A DNA stretch of 64,000 bases from Laetmonice hystrix. Taxonomy: Eukaryota. The notes beneath the pieces are model-generated. The model searched no databases. It was not told the DNA's origin and worked only from the letters and a program-made list of their open reading frames with translations. Position 1 is the first letter of the stretch. The number at the start of each line of letters is the position of its first letter. The stretch spans positions 32,054,001 through 32,118,000 of the forward strand of contig OZ249438.1 in NCBI GenBank assembly GCA_965235115.1, in the 5' to 3' direction. Below, piece after piece: positions 1-13,460 of this stretch. The translations under genes and the position numbers were made by a program.

Positions 1-2715
1 TCAATTCATAGACATTGTCAGGGTGGGTAAAACTAATTGGAGGAGTTCCAAGCAAGTGTCAGCTCAGATAGAAAGCCATCACTGATCAGCACTGGCCAAC
101 ACTGCCCATGTCAGTTTGGCAAAACATGGCCATTATCAGATGTAATTGATACCCACAACCTTCCAGTCCGTTTCAGACCGGGTAGACTGCGCTTAAAAAT
201 GACATCAATCATCTCGACTGTCTCAATAATGGTATATATGTCGGCGTTTAACATTCACCATTTTGTTCATATCCTTTCTTTTCTGACAAGAGATTAGAGT
301 AAAAATGTAGCGTATGAATGGATATATTATGCGGCCGATTTGCTCGCCAGCCTGTCTTGCCGCCTTGACGGGGGGAGTGTTGGACTGGACCACTGGGCCT
401 TAACCCGGGAGATCTTCATCTCCAGCGCCGCGTTGCAGGTCACGCTCGGCTGGCAACAAGTACCAACCGCTATTGCTTCCCGAGCTCAACCACTATGGGG
501 TGTCTCCACAGAAAATAAACAAACCGAACTACGACAAAGATTACAATCTCTAGTAATCAGAAAAAAGCCTGGCCGCTATTTTTCTATTCCGAGAGAGTAG
601 AACATGTGCTCTAGAACGGTTCTGTCAATAGGGGCTGGGATCATATATCACTGGGTTGTCTCCGACTGAAAGGGGGGTGCACTATTCAAAGGGGTTTGTA
701 CCAGTCAAAGACAGCAGCCGTGACATCGGTGATGCTGGTCACGTCGGCAATGGCTGAGACCGATTGTCAACCGATTGTCTACCTATCGGGCACCGGCAGC
801 GGTCCATTGTGTTCCCTTCACGGCTGACTACGCCTTTTGTGAAACACCAACATGATATAATTCCCTTGATCCCCCTTCAGTCTTCCCCCTTTTTTCGATC
901 CACGTTCCTTGACGGCCAAATGCAACGGGCCGTAAGTGGAGTCAGATCGCCATCTTGTTGTTTCTTCATTCTGGGGAGTGTATCCATTGAAAACCCAACA
1001 ACTCACGGTAGATGAAAGTATATTCAGGCTAGTACAACAATAACAGCTGAATCACAGTTCAGACATTGTGATTTACGCTTTACTTTCAAAGCATTGTGGA
1101 TTTTTTCCGCTCTGACATAACTTTGTATTTGAAACTTAACCCAGCATGGAACTGGAATTAGGCAGAAGTTTGAAAGCTATCGATCTGGAGATGTACAATT
1201 GAATTTGTTCTCTACCGCAAAGACTGGACGAATGATTATTGTAATATAATAATCTTTAACATTACTTGCTCCTGTGAGGATTCCAATGGTAAAGTGCTAT
1301 TTGCATGTGTTCATCGCCAGGATTATCCTAGTGCTACCACGTTTAGGTCTACCCGATTACTGTTTCTACTGGCCACCTGTACTAGGACAACAAGGTTTCA
1401 CCCAGCACTTGACAAATACCTGTCCATGATCGATTATTGAATCCGGCCTCGATGATATCAATGATCTTTCATATCGCTGGCCTTGGTTTACTTCTTGTTT
1501 GTTTTATATAGAGTTAGGAAATGGTACCAAAACGTGAATCACATCAGATTTACGGCTGTAGGGGTCAAACAACAATGAAACAACGCCTCCCTTAACGGAT
1601 GTTTTAACATGAAAAACATGGACCTTGACTGAAGACAACTGGCCGACAGCGCATGCACAGCGAAGGTCATGCGGCCGGTCAGTTTCCCCAGGTCATCTTT
1701 TGGCGACAGGTCTAGGCGGGTACCATCAATCGTCATTGGGAGGCGCATGCAATCTCCGACCATCGAAATTACGTATAATTCTAGATTCATTATAATTAGA
1801 AATATATATTGACATCGGTAAAAAAAATGACAAAAGAGCATTATGTGATGCGTGGTGGGTACAGTATGTTGCACTGGTAACAAATTGAAGGACAAAGACT
1901 TCTTCTGATGCATGTGTGTCACTCCTTAAAAATTGTTTGTGACACATGCTTGGGCAAGGCCTATTTCTACGGCTTCTAACTTTCCACGTTGGAAACACTT
2001 AGGGTTCACCCTTTATTATGTTGTCAACATCAGGGACAAGGCTAACATTTGCCTCTCTCTCCGGCCGGATACCCAATCTGTCTGTCCAAGCAGGGGACAC
2101 AACGGCAGTTCCTGAGTATCAGCTCAAGTGGTGAACAAGCCGGGCCTCCTGCCACATATATTTGATCTTTCCCTCCTCCTCATGTGACGCACCAAGATCG
2201 GATTCTTTACGATCAATTCACTTTCCAATTTACATCTGAAAGCAGGCAAATGCAGTTGCATCACCCCTGATCCCTCTGGCAACTACATCATCCTATATAT
2301 TTTTTCTAAGCACCCTGAAGAAAAGACGAGGCTAGAGCTGGATTGTGTCTGCAGAACAGAGGTTGTCCAACTTGGATGTTGTAAGGACACCCATAAGTAC
2401 ATTATCATTTACGGCCTGGGGCTAGTTTTTCTTTCTGGCCTGGATCAGGGCTCGGGCCACGTGATACCAGTCACCTTCGTTCGTCATTTGTTACTCAAGT
2501 ACTCACTACCGATACTGGTACGAACGCTCAGTGAATCCAGTCACTGCAGTTAAACAAATCTGGATCAATTAAAGCTTAGTCTAAAACTATTACGTTAATA
2601 AACTATTACATGTTTCAGATAATGCATGGTCTGCGTCAAGAGAGTGGGATGGGTTTTTTTTCAAGAAAGGAGCTTTGTGTGCTTATCCCGCTTTCTTTCC
2701 TGAAGCAGGCGTTAC

Positions 2716-2941
2716 TAGATCTTTAATGCGGACTTCCATGCAGAACAGGCGGCCCCTCAGGGCACACCTTCTGCCCTGCCCTGCCTGGGTTCTTCCCCCA
2801 TGATAACTTTCCACGAAATGTTTGGGCAGGGGTTAGGGTTAAGGTCAAGGATAGGGATAGGGATAGGATAGGGATATGTTTTTGGGAGGTGTAGGGACTG
2901 GGGTTAGGGGTTAGGGATAAGGTCAGGGCCATAGATCTTTA
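2716..2941. repeat. Segment with degenerate telomere-like TTAGGG/ATAGGG repeats flanked by a 10-bp direct repeat
   Basis: TAGATCTTTA occurs at 2716-2725 and 2932-2941. The interior contains ggggttagggttaagg and (gataggg)n. Confidence 0.6.
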
Positions 2942-4174
2942 CTTTCCACCAAATTTCGTGGGGTTTAAGTTATCATGGGCGATATACCCCTGCCTGGCAT
3001 TGGGCGCAGTGGGGGAGCCCAGGTCCAGGAGAGTCTGGCGATAGTAGCCCGAGAGGGAGTGATCTTTGATGCAGCCCGTGCACAACGGCGGCAGGCAGGT
3101 ACAATGGGAGCTGGTTCCGACCCATAAGTGGCCAGAACTGCCAGAAACCGCCTTTCAACTTGATCCACGATGCGCTTTAAAATAAGATGATGGAAACACA
3201 CCAAAGAAACGACGAGGCCCCGGCTCCGCACCGCGCCGACGACCTCCCCACAACAGAATCACTTTACACCGTGATTAAAATCAGAGATCTGCTGCTATTA
3301 ACGCCCACACATTAAAAAGGCCGCAGCACTCTGTACACAGCTTGGGTTTCGCCCTATCAGGAATAACGTCAAGAGGAATAATCCCAACAGTCCATACTGG
3401 TCTCTGTGCAGCCTGAGGACTGGGTGTTCCCTGACAAGCCGACACAAAGATACATCTTAAAGGGCCTTACACTCCTCACGCATACAAACATGCGTTCATT
3501 ATCCTTCCAAGGAGCCCGTGAAATTACACCTTCCAACCGAAATTGGAAAAAAAGATCTCGTTTGGGACAGGTGCGTTTTTTGTGTGAAAGACTAAAAGCG
3601 TCACAATGGCTGGTTGGGGAGGAACCTTTTGACTCAGTGAAGTGCTAATACTGAATACACCGTCTAATTAATTACCGCACTCAGGGTTACCCACCTGACT
3701 ATGATAACAGAGAACCAGAATAGGCTGTCATTTCTTGTATCTCTTCCACCAAATGTGTCATCGCGGTACTGATAACGCACACACCAGTTGTTTTAGCATC
3801 CTGGTCACATAACCTACAAGTATTGTTTGTGGCCATCATGACTGGCACCCAAGGACTGTAGTTGAGGCGGTATCTTAATGCCATCTGTCAGTTACGTTGG
3901 CTGGAGTCCTTACACTGTACCAACTTTGACAATACACGTTCCTGGTGATGTTGACGGTGATCTATGGAACCATGCGATCACCACCTTTAAATCATTCTGT
4001 GTACCTGAGCGGTCACCGTTACACTCAACCAGGGTCTCCAACTATCCGCCACCCCCGACCGCTCCACCCCACCGACAGGAAGACTTTCCAGTAAGCACTT
4101 GACTTCTTGTACCCTGGACACAATGAACCCAGCAGCCCCATCCACTATCCTGGGTACATTGATGACTGCTCTCT

Positions 4175-4751
4175 CCTGATGATGCCCCCACAAGTCTCCT
4201 TGTCCGAACCTGATGATGCCCCCACAAGTCTCCTTGCCCGAACGTGATGATGCCCCCAAAAGTCTCCTTGCCCGAACCTGTTGATGCCCCCACAAGTCTA
4301 TTTGCCCGAATCTAATGATGCCCCCACAAGTCTCCTTGGCCGAACCTGTTGATGCCCCCACAAGTCTCCTTGGCTGAACCTGATGATGCCCCCACAAGTC
4401 TCCTTGCCCGAACCTGTTGATGCCCCCACAAGTCTATTTGCCCGAATCTAATGATGCCCCCACAAGTCTGCTTGCCCGAACCTGATGATGCCCCCACAAG
4501 TCTCCTTGCCCGAACCTGATGATGCCCCACAAGTCTCCTTGCCCGAACCTGTTGATGTCCCCACAAGTCTATTTGCCCGAACCTGATGATGCCCCCACAA
4601 GTCTCCTTGCCCGAATCTGATGCCCACACAAGTCTATTTGTCCGAACCTGATGATGCCCCCACAAGTCTCGTTGCCCGAACCTGATGATGGCCCCACAAG
4701 TCTCCTTGCCCGAACCTGATGATGGCCCCACTAGTCTCCTTGCCCGAACCT
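4175..4751. repeat. 34-bp minisatellite, about 17 copies
   Basis: The unit is CCTGATGATGCCCCCACAAGTCTCCTTGCCCGAA. The minus-strand ORFs cycle through three frames with a 34-aa period, as expected for a non-coding 34-nt unit. Confidence 0.95.
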
Positions 4752-7700
4752 ACCCTGACCTTGCTCGCAACCCTGATGCATACCATCAGAGGGAAAGACT
4801 ATAAAGTAAAAGTTCTGGCAGGTCCGACCTCTCACCCTTGTGTGCTTTGATTGACACTTGAAAGATTTTTGCGCCATCCCTTGGTCCCTTGATGCATTAT
4901 TCATACTGAAGGACAGGTGTTGACTTTGTAAACACACTACCACCTCTGCTTCACTAATTTCTGAAATCATCCCAAACTTACAAGACCCATTCACTCCTTT
5001 GTTCTACGAGTACCTGTGAATAGCACTGTCCATCTTTAAAATTTAGTTAACCACTGTCAATGGCATACTTAGCAGAATAAGGTCACTGGGGTAGTTAAGA
5101 ATTGCTTTCAAATTCGCCATTCCGCCCCACAGGGTACCATTTCTAGGCTAACACCCCCTGGTGGCAAAACAGGGAAAAGCCATTTAATTTTCTGAGCGTC
5201 ATCACAAGGAACAATATTTTTTCTTCTGGTCTTTCAGCATTCAGCCTCGAGCCAAAAGTAGAATGAACAGGGCCTTTCACTGGCCAGCGTTGTCTCCCCC
5301 ATACCCCAGGAATCAAAGCCCCCTGCCTGGTAATGGCTGACCGGGCAAGCATTCACTGCCTATTTATTAAATGGCAAACAAAAGTCACAAAAGCACGCAG
5401 AGAGAATAGGTCTTCTTCTTTAGAGAGTAATCCGAAATTTGATAGGATTGGTAATCTACCTGAACGGGCTGGGACTGTAGCTGCAGGTGAAAAGATTACC
5501 AACCCCTCCGGTCATCTCGTTTGCATATTATGTAAATTAGGTGCTACCAAGTGAATGTAACCTTTGGACGTAAAATAATCTGCATATGACCGACAGCCAT
5601 GCTATCTAACATCTTTCTGGGTACAATATCAAAAGGTATGAGTACCAGGTATTTCATTCAATCTATGTAGATTTACCAAGTGTTTGAACTAAACAATCCC
5701 TCCCACAAGGAATAAAACCTTGGACTTCATTGTGTCGCGTGAACTGCAACCTTTTCTTTGATCTGGCATATATTTATCCCAACTGGCAGAAGCTACAGCT
5801 TGCACTCGTCTCTGGCAAGGCAGATATTAAGGTCATTTTAATGGAACAAAATTAAACCATTTTTTGAAGGAGATAATCAAAGGGTTCATAAAAAATTACA
5901 TAATGGTATTCTGATAGCATAATGGATTCTTTATCACGGTGGGCCAGGATGTGGAGAATGTGGGCTTCTATTGAGAACAATATATCAATCGGCCTTCTGG
6001 GCGCGGCGAGTGTTTTTATTGGCTAATGATTGGCACCGCGCGGCCATCACCTGCCACCGCGGACGGTGTGAAGGCATTTTCTAGGAAAAAGCTTTTGTTG
6101 TCAGACCCACAACAGGTGCAGTGGAATGGGGGTAGAGGCACAGGTGACAGGGTTGAGGCTTCTGGGATGAGGACAGAACTGAAGTTACATCAACCTGAAT
6201 ACTGCACTGAGATGGGAGAGATGGGGGGGGGGGGCGAAATGGTGCAAGATTTAAAAGTAGTTCTACTGCCCAGTAAAGCAACAAAAATGCCTCACGGTTT
6301 TGGAGAAGTCTATTTTTATCTGATAGCATTACAATGTAGTCTTTTTTTCATAAAGAAAATCTCAGGTAAAAAAAAAAAGATCGAGCGTTCCTCGGCTTAT
6401 ACAATATTAATAGGAAGACCAGATAGAGTAGACAGGAATTCACAGATAGTACCTTATGAGCGCTCTTTATGAGATTCAAGCTTGAAATCTTTCAAAGACT
6501 GCTTTTATATGTTTCACTAATAACTGCCACGAGTAATTTCAACTTGCCCCGGAAACTGTCAGCCGCGGTGGCGTGGGGGTTTAATGAGTTTTTCGTCTTT
6601 TTTACCATCCACTTGTTGTCCTACTGGGCTTGTCAATGCGCGAGGTGGATTCCCAATGGGTACGTTTGTCATGCTCCAGCGGTACCCCCTGGGGTGGGGC
6701 TACCCCCACCCCTCCTAGTCACATTTAGTGCACACAGGAGCCACCCAACCATAGCATCTTTCATGGTTGACTCCCTCCAACAATCCCCACGCTAGTGTCG
6801 GGCGCGGACATTTCTTGGGCGTTCAGGAGTTAATGGGAATTCCTGGGTGGCTGTCTTTTATAGAGCTCTCTGGGGCCGGGCGCAGTCGGCGGTTTGGGTT
6901 TCCTTGGAGACGGCGGGCGCTGTGAGCTGGCTGTGAGCCCTAATCTGGACATCTCGTCATCATGTCAGGTGTGCCGACTAGGTGGGCATTAAGGTGGGCT
7001 TTATCTGGCTCAGGTAGACGCAGCATTGATGGGTGCTCGCCTCAGGACGGCCGGATTCACAGAACGCTCCCAGCGCAAGCACCTCAATCTGTTGGTACAC
7101 AAACCACAGTCCCGGACCCTACCCAGGCCTAATTTAGCAAACTCCACGGCAGCATGGTCGATTATAACGACAATCTATGCTCGGGTCAGAGGTGGTTGTC
7201 AGGGAAACAATGGCCTTGGTGATGAATGTACCCCATTGATGAGTATCTAAGGCAAGAGCGAATTGACATGGACTTGGACCGCCACCCCCATGATCAGCTT
7301 CCAATGTCCCTTATTTCTAAGCTTCCCCCCACTTTACAGGTACACTTGGTTGCTCCACTCCTACAGTATACGCCAAGAGAATGCCGCAGGCAATCTCTAA
7401 ACCATATCTAGATAAAGATGGCAGAGTGCGTACACAGAACCATGCAGTCGTCCCAACAATCCGGACTCAGCCATGTGAGAAAAACACATCCCTCCATCCG
7501 TCACCGGGCGCAGTCGATGCGTCACCTAGCGGTGGTCCGTGCAGTCAGCCATCCAATGACAGCCCAGCAGGGTGGACCCGTGCAGTGAACGGACCAGGCG
7601 GACACAACAACCCAAACCGTCTGCTACAACCACCTGACAAATGGACTTACGATGGACCGACAGACACCACCCGACTTCAACGCTACAAAAGGTGGCCCTG

Positions 7701-8069
7701 ATCAAACAGTTAGCATCAATTAGTCATTTAAGGCTTTACTCTGAAATCACCAGGCTTGTAGCTTGCTATTTTGTTGCCTAGTCAAACAGAAAGTAAGGTA
7801 CCTGTAGAGGTCCGTAATAAATGGCTGCCTCCGTGAGAAACGTATGGGGGGTCCTTTTGATAACACTGAACGTTTTCCACTCATTCATGCTGGTATAATT
7901 TATACTGGAGTGATAATTTAACAAATCTTGCAATAAGATCTGAAGCGTCCCTCATTGCATTGAACAAATTTCAGACTATACTTTCCACTCCTTTAAATAT
8001 GTAATAAACATGCCACGAAAAGCATCCAGAGATGAGTATTCCCAGTGTTCACGGATGTAATCAAGGGGT

Positions 8070-8168
8070 TTTTCAGGATTGTCACCGGAGCTTGTATGAT
8101 CACTCACAGCTCGCTGTTTTCAGGATTGTCACCGGAGCTTGTATGATCACTCACAGCTCGCTGTTTTC
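8070..8168. repeat. Perfect 47-bp tandem duplication
   Basis: TTTTCAGGATTGTCACCGGAGCTTGTATGATCACTCACAGCTCGCTG occurs at 8070-8116 and 8117-8163. Confidence 0.95.
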
Positions 8169-9699
8169 TAACAAACCCTGACTCACAACGTGTATCTCTC
8201 GGCATACCGAATCCCCGAGGTGGGACCCAGGTGGGAGGGTCGGTGTGTCAGCTCGAGGGGCAAGGAGGAATAGATGGATGGATGAGCGGGCCTACCGGGC
8301 CACCCGGACCTCACCACCGACGACAACAAATATAAGGGTTGGCCACGTCGTGATCTGCACCCGAGACGCTGTGTATAGTTCCACTTTTTCACACAGGACG
8401 AGTGAAATACAATATTTTGATAAATCAGGGTGTCACGACAAGAAGGCGACGCAGGGTCACAGAAAGGTTTCGCGTCACTGATTCTACATGATATAAACCT
8501 ATACACACACATTTATAAACAAAACAACGAGAGTGAATCGTCGGCGGGTAGTCAATTTCAATGAGGTAATTTTTTACAAGAATTTAAAAAAAAGTTTTTA
8601 GTCCCGAGTTTGATCCAAGTCATCCCTTTATGTATTTTCATCTTACACAGGAGAGATTCGAATTCACAAGTAGTAGTAGTATTAGAGTAGTAGTAGTAGC
8701 AGTAGTACACAGTTTACGTAGATAGAGTAAACACACAGTACGACCGTGCCGGAGGATCGGTAGCCGCTGACTGAGTACCTCCAGGATCTGGGCCGGGTTA
8801 ACGATTGTACCTGACTACAGTTGAGGGATATTTGTCAAAAGCTTTTTAAAATAACTCTAACCGTCAAATAAAAGGTCTCAGACCCAAAGAAAGGGAAAGT
8901 GTGGAGACAGCGGACTCCGGAGCATGTCTATACAGTGTATGGGGTGGGGTGGGGAGTGGGTGGGTCAGCGGGCGCCACCGATGACCCCCAACACAGAAGC
9001 CCACTGACCCACTCCGAGGGTCGCCATATACACAGCCACTCTCTGTGTCAGTAAATGCCACACTGGTCAGACATTTTTCTGCAATCAATCAAAGTTATGC
9101 TTAGTTACCTGAACGCCTGGTTCCGCCTTATTTAGAAGCTAACAAATTGATTTATTTTGGAAGATTTCCGCAGACAACCGAGTCGGCATCCACGGCATCA
9201 TGCCGATAGAATGTTAAAGATGATAAATCCTATAAAGTACACGCCTGAACAGCTCTTACAGGATCTGACTGTCTATATAAAGCCACATCCCCCATGATAA
9301 ATGTAAACAAGCCAAGCCTCTCGATCTTTCACTTTATTAAAGTTCCGTATATTCCTCTATGGATATAGAGCTTTGTGCACTTTATTCTCTACATTCACGT
9401 AGTAGGCTTATATTAACATCGAGCATCTTCGTCATCATCTTATATAAATAAATGAATCTTCAAGTTAAACGAGGTACAAGTGAGAGCTGACTGAGAGGGA
9501 GTAGATCTAATGTCAGTATCAGAAAGTACTCTTGGAATTCATATTGTAAAACAAATTACCTTTCGAAGATTAGCTTCGGCAAACTGTTTCAGAAATCGGA
9601 CTCTTTGTCAATGAGGCATGTCTATCATGATTACCACCTTCAGGTTAACACGACACCAGAACGAAAGACCCCTACAAGTAACTGCCGAGATGCACCCTT

Positions 9700-9960
9700 T
9701 GCTCCCACAATTGACAATCTCGGTCAAGTTACCCATGTGGAGGTTAAGAGCAGGGTATGCCCCCTTTCCTCTGTTACCCCTGCTACTGTAGAGCTTTGAA
9801 CCCCCCCCCCCCTCTCTCGGCCACCCCAAACTATGCGTTCACCATGACAACCCTGATGGGCCCATCACAGGCCCTAGTTCTGCTCACCCGACGTCAGGCC
9901 AAGCCAACTACCTGTCGTCCCATCGGGATCTTGTTAGTGTACACTTAGGGACCGGGACAC
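9700..9960 (+). mobile_element. Decayed LINE (CR1/L2-like) reverse-transcriptase fragment
   Basis: VTHVEVKS, then CRALNPPPPLSATPNYAF...SQALVLLTRRQAKPTTCRPIGILLV. The order resembles the LINE RT N-terminus: VTxEEV, CAxELAPPLSxIFN, WKxALVxPI...xxNYRPISLL. Motif matching by eye only. Confidence 0.45.
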
Positions 9961-11054
9961 GGAACAAGTGTTGATTGTCACCGTCCTCACGGCCTCGCCT
10001 TGGACCTATTCAATATCTTCTCCAGGCTTTGGCCAGTGACACTAAAAGTAACAACGTACTCTTCTGTGTGAAGGTTTGCATGACCTTCTGAATAATGGAT
10101 CCACAGAAAATTCTCCTAAAATATTGAATTTCTCGGGCAAATTTCTTCAAGCTGAGTAGAATGCAATGTATAGCATAACACAGACCGAAATAAAGGTGGA
10201 AATGTATCATAACTGTTTTTGAAACCTCAACATTAAAACGCTTGAAATAAACATAATCCCATTGCCAAGAAACGTACCCATCCACTTCCATGTTACATTA
10301 CAAAGCAAGCATCGCCTTGCCACTCAATGTGTTGAATGCTGCTCACTCAAAATAGATAATGTCCCAAGGACCTACAGGGAGAGACCGACCCATCTCCCAC
10401 GGCAACCATGAACCGGAACTACACGCTGACAGGCGTTAATCATGATGTACACCCCAACCCCCATAAATATCTTCTCACATAATATTTACTTATCATGTTA
10501 CATTATACGAACAACCTACTCAATGTCCTCACTAACCTATAATTTCCCCATGAGCAAAATAAAGCTGAGGTCCCATCTGCCCGTCAATCTCCTGCAGAAT
10601 ACGCGGTGATGAATCACGTCCTGTGTGCCGAGAAGACAATGGAGCGCTAAGGTGTGTCGCACCTGTTGGCGCTCCATGGTTAGACCCATACGGCAAGGAG
10701 ACACCAGGGACTGGGCCCCATTCTGGGGGTCAGCACTGACAGGAGGAGGAGGAGGAGGAGCAGAGGGCCTTCAATGGACTGACCAGAGACAAGGTCCCCC
10801 TGGGAACGACATAAACAGGCCCTTAAGTTGCAAGGCTCTGATTACTGGTCAACCGGGCAGGACAATGGCCTCTTGTCCTGCAGACCGACACGGGGCCATG
10901 CCACGAGGCTGGACACTGATGGTCAGTGCGGTATGATGCCATGACGTGTGACACTGAGATAGACCATGTACACTGACCACTAATGATGCATGTCATCGAG
11001 TCCCAAACCCTGGTACAGCATGAGCTGACACGGATCATTCAAGTCCGCAACCGT

Positions 11055-11930
11055 CGTATACAGGCGGGAAGCGTGCGTGTACGTGCCAAAAACGAGAACC
11101 CTTTTTGGGGGGTCCGGGGGCATGTCCCCCGGAAAATTGTGAAATTTAAGGTGTAATTTGGCGACATTTGGTGCATTCTGAATGCAAAAATATGGTCTGA
11201 AATTACATGTTAACAGTGGTAGTTTTCACGAATTTTGTGGGGTGGTAGGCCCCAAGAAACAAACCTGGGGGGAGGGGGGCTGAGGGACATCCAGCAGCTT
11301 GCATGATGTCGAATTCTCTCTGCTAAGCATGAGTGTAATGCAGTCGTCGTCGGTCAGTACACTGGCTAAGAAATAACTTGCCCGACTTTACTTATTTATC
11401 AAGCCACATTTTCTTAAACCGTAAGATTTATTATATTAATAACTTTCTGGCAGAAGGTAATGGTTTAGGGCTTAATTCTGCACTTCTTACGGCAAAACCG
11501 AAAGGGTTAGCTTCCCTGGCTTCCCTCAAGTTCCACATACTAGATGAATTACCTAATTTTGCAGGACTCCAGGATGTCTGGCTTATCAGGTTAGACCCAC
11601 CATGCACATACATAAGTCTTTCATGTAGCCCATTGGTGTTGTGTTGCCCAGTAACTTCTGTATGTGCATGCTGAATTTCCAACAGGCAAGTCAGACCGCC
11701 TAGAAGTCATGCAAACTGCCCAATTCTGCACCATTTGTAAAATATTTTAGAGAGGTATATTGATAATGTGGTTATTTTGGCTACACTTTGGATCAGGCTA
11801 ATTTTTAAATTTCCTTTAAAAAATTCTTAAGTTATAGCAGAGTAAAAATATAGGTTTTTAAAGGTTATATAGGTTATTTAAAAAAATATAGGCTTTATAG
11901 GTTTTATAGGTTTCGCTGGGAGGCATGTGT
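11055..11930. mobile_element. Probable non-autonomous DNA transposon remnant(s)
   Basis: GGGGGGTCCGGGGGCATGTCCCCCGGAAAATTGTGAAAT near 11107-11145 is a motif I recognise from marine-invertebrate MITE families. A repeated TATAGGTT terminus-like block sits at 11850-11925. The boundaries are approximate. Confidence 0.4.
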
Positions 11931-12849
11931 TCTTGAACGGGTGGTGCTGGCGGTGGCAACTTTAGACTGCTTACATAGTTTTAATCAGTTTACTCGCTAA
12001 CTGGGATGCTGATTAGAATTTCCTGAGCAAAGGATTGCGAGATCCCATGCAGTTAATACAGCTTCAAATTTCTGAAAGTCTCCTTTAGCAGATTGGCTTT
12101 TCCTTCTTAGTGGCCCTAAATCGCTGACAAGAAACTGGACCTCTCTCTGTTCATGTTGTGATCGGTTGGGGTGGTGAGGTTGGTGTTTCTCCCCCACCCC
12201 CCCCCCCCCTCCCCCTCCCAGCCCCCAGTGAAGTGCCAACTGGCATGTTACAGTTACAAGGTTTCAAACACCTCTCTGTTTGTAATCTACGGTCCGGTTT
12301 TTTTCACCCATTTTTTGTTTTCGGTAGGGAGGGACTTGGGACTCCATCAGCTTCCTGTCCGAGACGTCATTTCATCAGTTTCTTGCCAGTCAGCTGGCGA
12401 CCTGTTGATTTTTGTCTCTCACACAATGGAAGGCACAGATAGCGCACTGAGCTATCGCCCGCTGACAGACAATGCCCACTGAGTACAATTTAACACTGGC
12501 GATCAACTATCACAGACCCTGCCAAGACTTGATAGCGGTCCAACCTTGAGGTCAATGAAACTCACCAGGCTCGCCTGGCTTTTGTTTTCCTCACACTCCG
12601 TACTCGAGGCCGCCCCGCGGGGATCATTCATTAAATTGGTGGCTTTAAAACGGAGCAGACGTTACGTAGAAACAACAACTAGATCGGACCAGGGCGTTAC
12701 TGCTGTTTGGGACTGTCTGATGTATGACGGTTCTTTATGACCCGTCGATCAGATGAGATCTGATCATTCACTTTTTTTGTTACCTTCCAGCAGTGAGCAC
12801 TGCTTTCCTGTATGGCCCATACCCCCACCCCCGGTCACTGACTGGGCGA

Positions 12850-13460
12850 ACATGGATCCTTTGAATATACCGATGGCTTTCTTCGCCCACCCTGAAGTTC
12901 CCCGGGTTACCGGTAAGCCTGTTAAAACTATGATCTCATCAAAACGCCCTGACATACCTGTAATCCGTCTACCGTCAGGTATCCCTGCTCCCAGCTTTAC
13001 ATTGGGATTTACAGCCAGACTACAAGAACCGCCCTCCTGGGACGTTGCGGTTGGAGGACCCCCCTAGTATGAAGGCCAGCCTACTGGAGACGTTTGACCG
13101 TGCATTGTGATGCATGGGTTACAGGAGCTCCGGGGGACACGGGGTCACGCAAGCTGAAGTACCCCCATTGTTCTTCTCTCTCAACCCTTATCCACAACCC
13201 AACCCCACAGCGATCGGGTTGCAGACGTCCTCTCCACATATTCATTACAGGCCCGGCTGCCTATGTACTCATGGCGGCCAGTACGTTTACCCCAGCCACA
13301 CGGCGTCCCTCGTGGACCGTGCTTGTGTATTGTACCTCCCACAGAAAGGCCCTCATTCAGCCGGCTGGGAGAGGTTTTTCTCCACTCCGAGCGGACTGCC
13401 TGCCTGCCCAGTGAAGGTCTCCCTTGGTGACGTTGTTCACGCCCTGCCTTATCTGACCAA
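12850..13460 (+). mobile_element. Decayed tyrosine-recombinase fragment (DIRS/Ngaro-like)
   Basis: Frameshifted peptides PDIPVIRLPSG, PPSWDVAV and VLYLPQK...SGLPACPVKVSL resemble YR motifs HPLVxRFLxG, PSWDLxxVL and LxLPxSKTD...CPVxAL in the right order. Judged by eye only. Confidence 0.35.

Noticed and set aside
3987-4731. Repetitive ORFs or a CRISPR-like array
   Set aside because: The 34-nt unit is not a multiple of 3, the copies are contiguous without spacers, there are no cas genes, and the context is eukaryotic.
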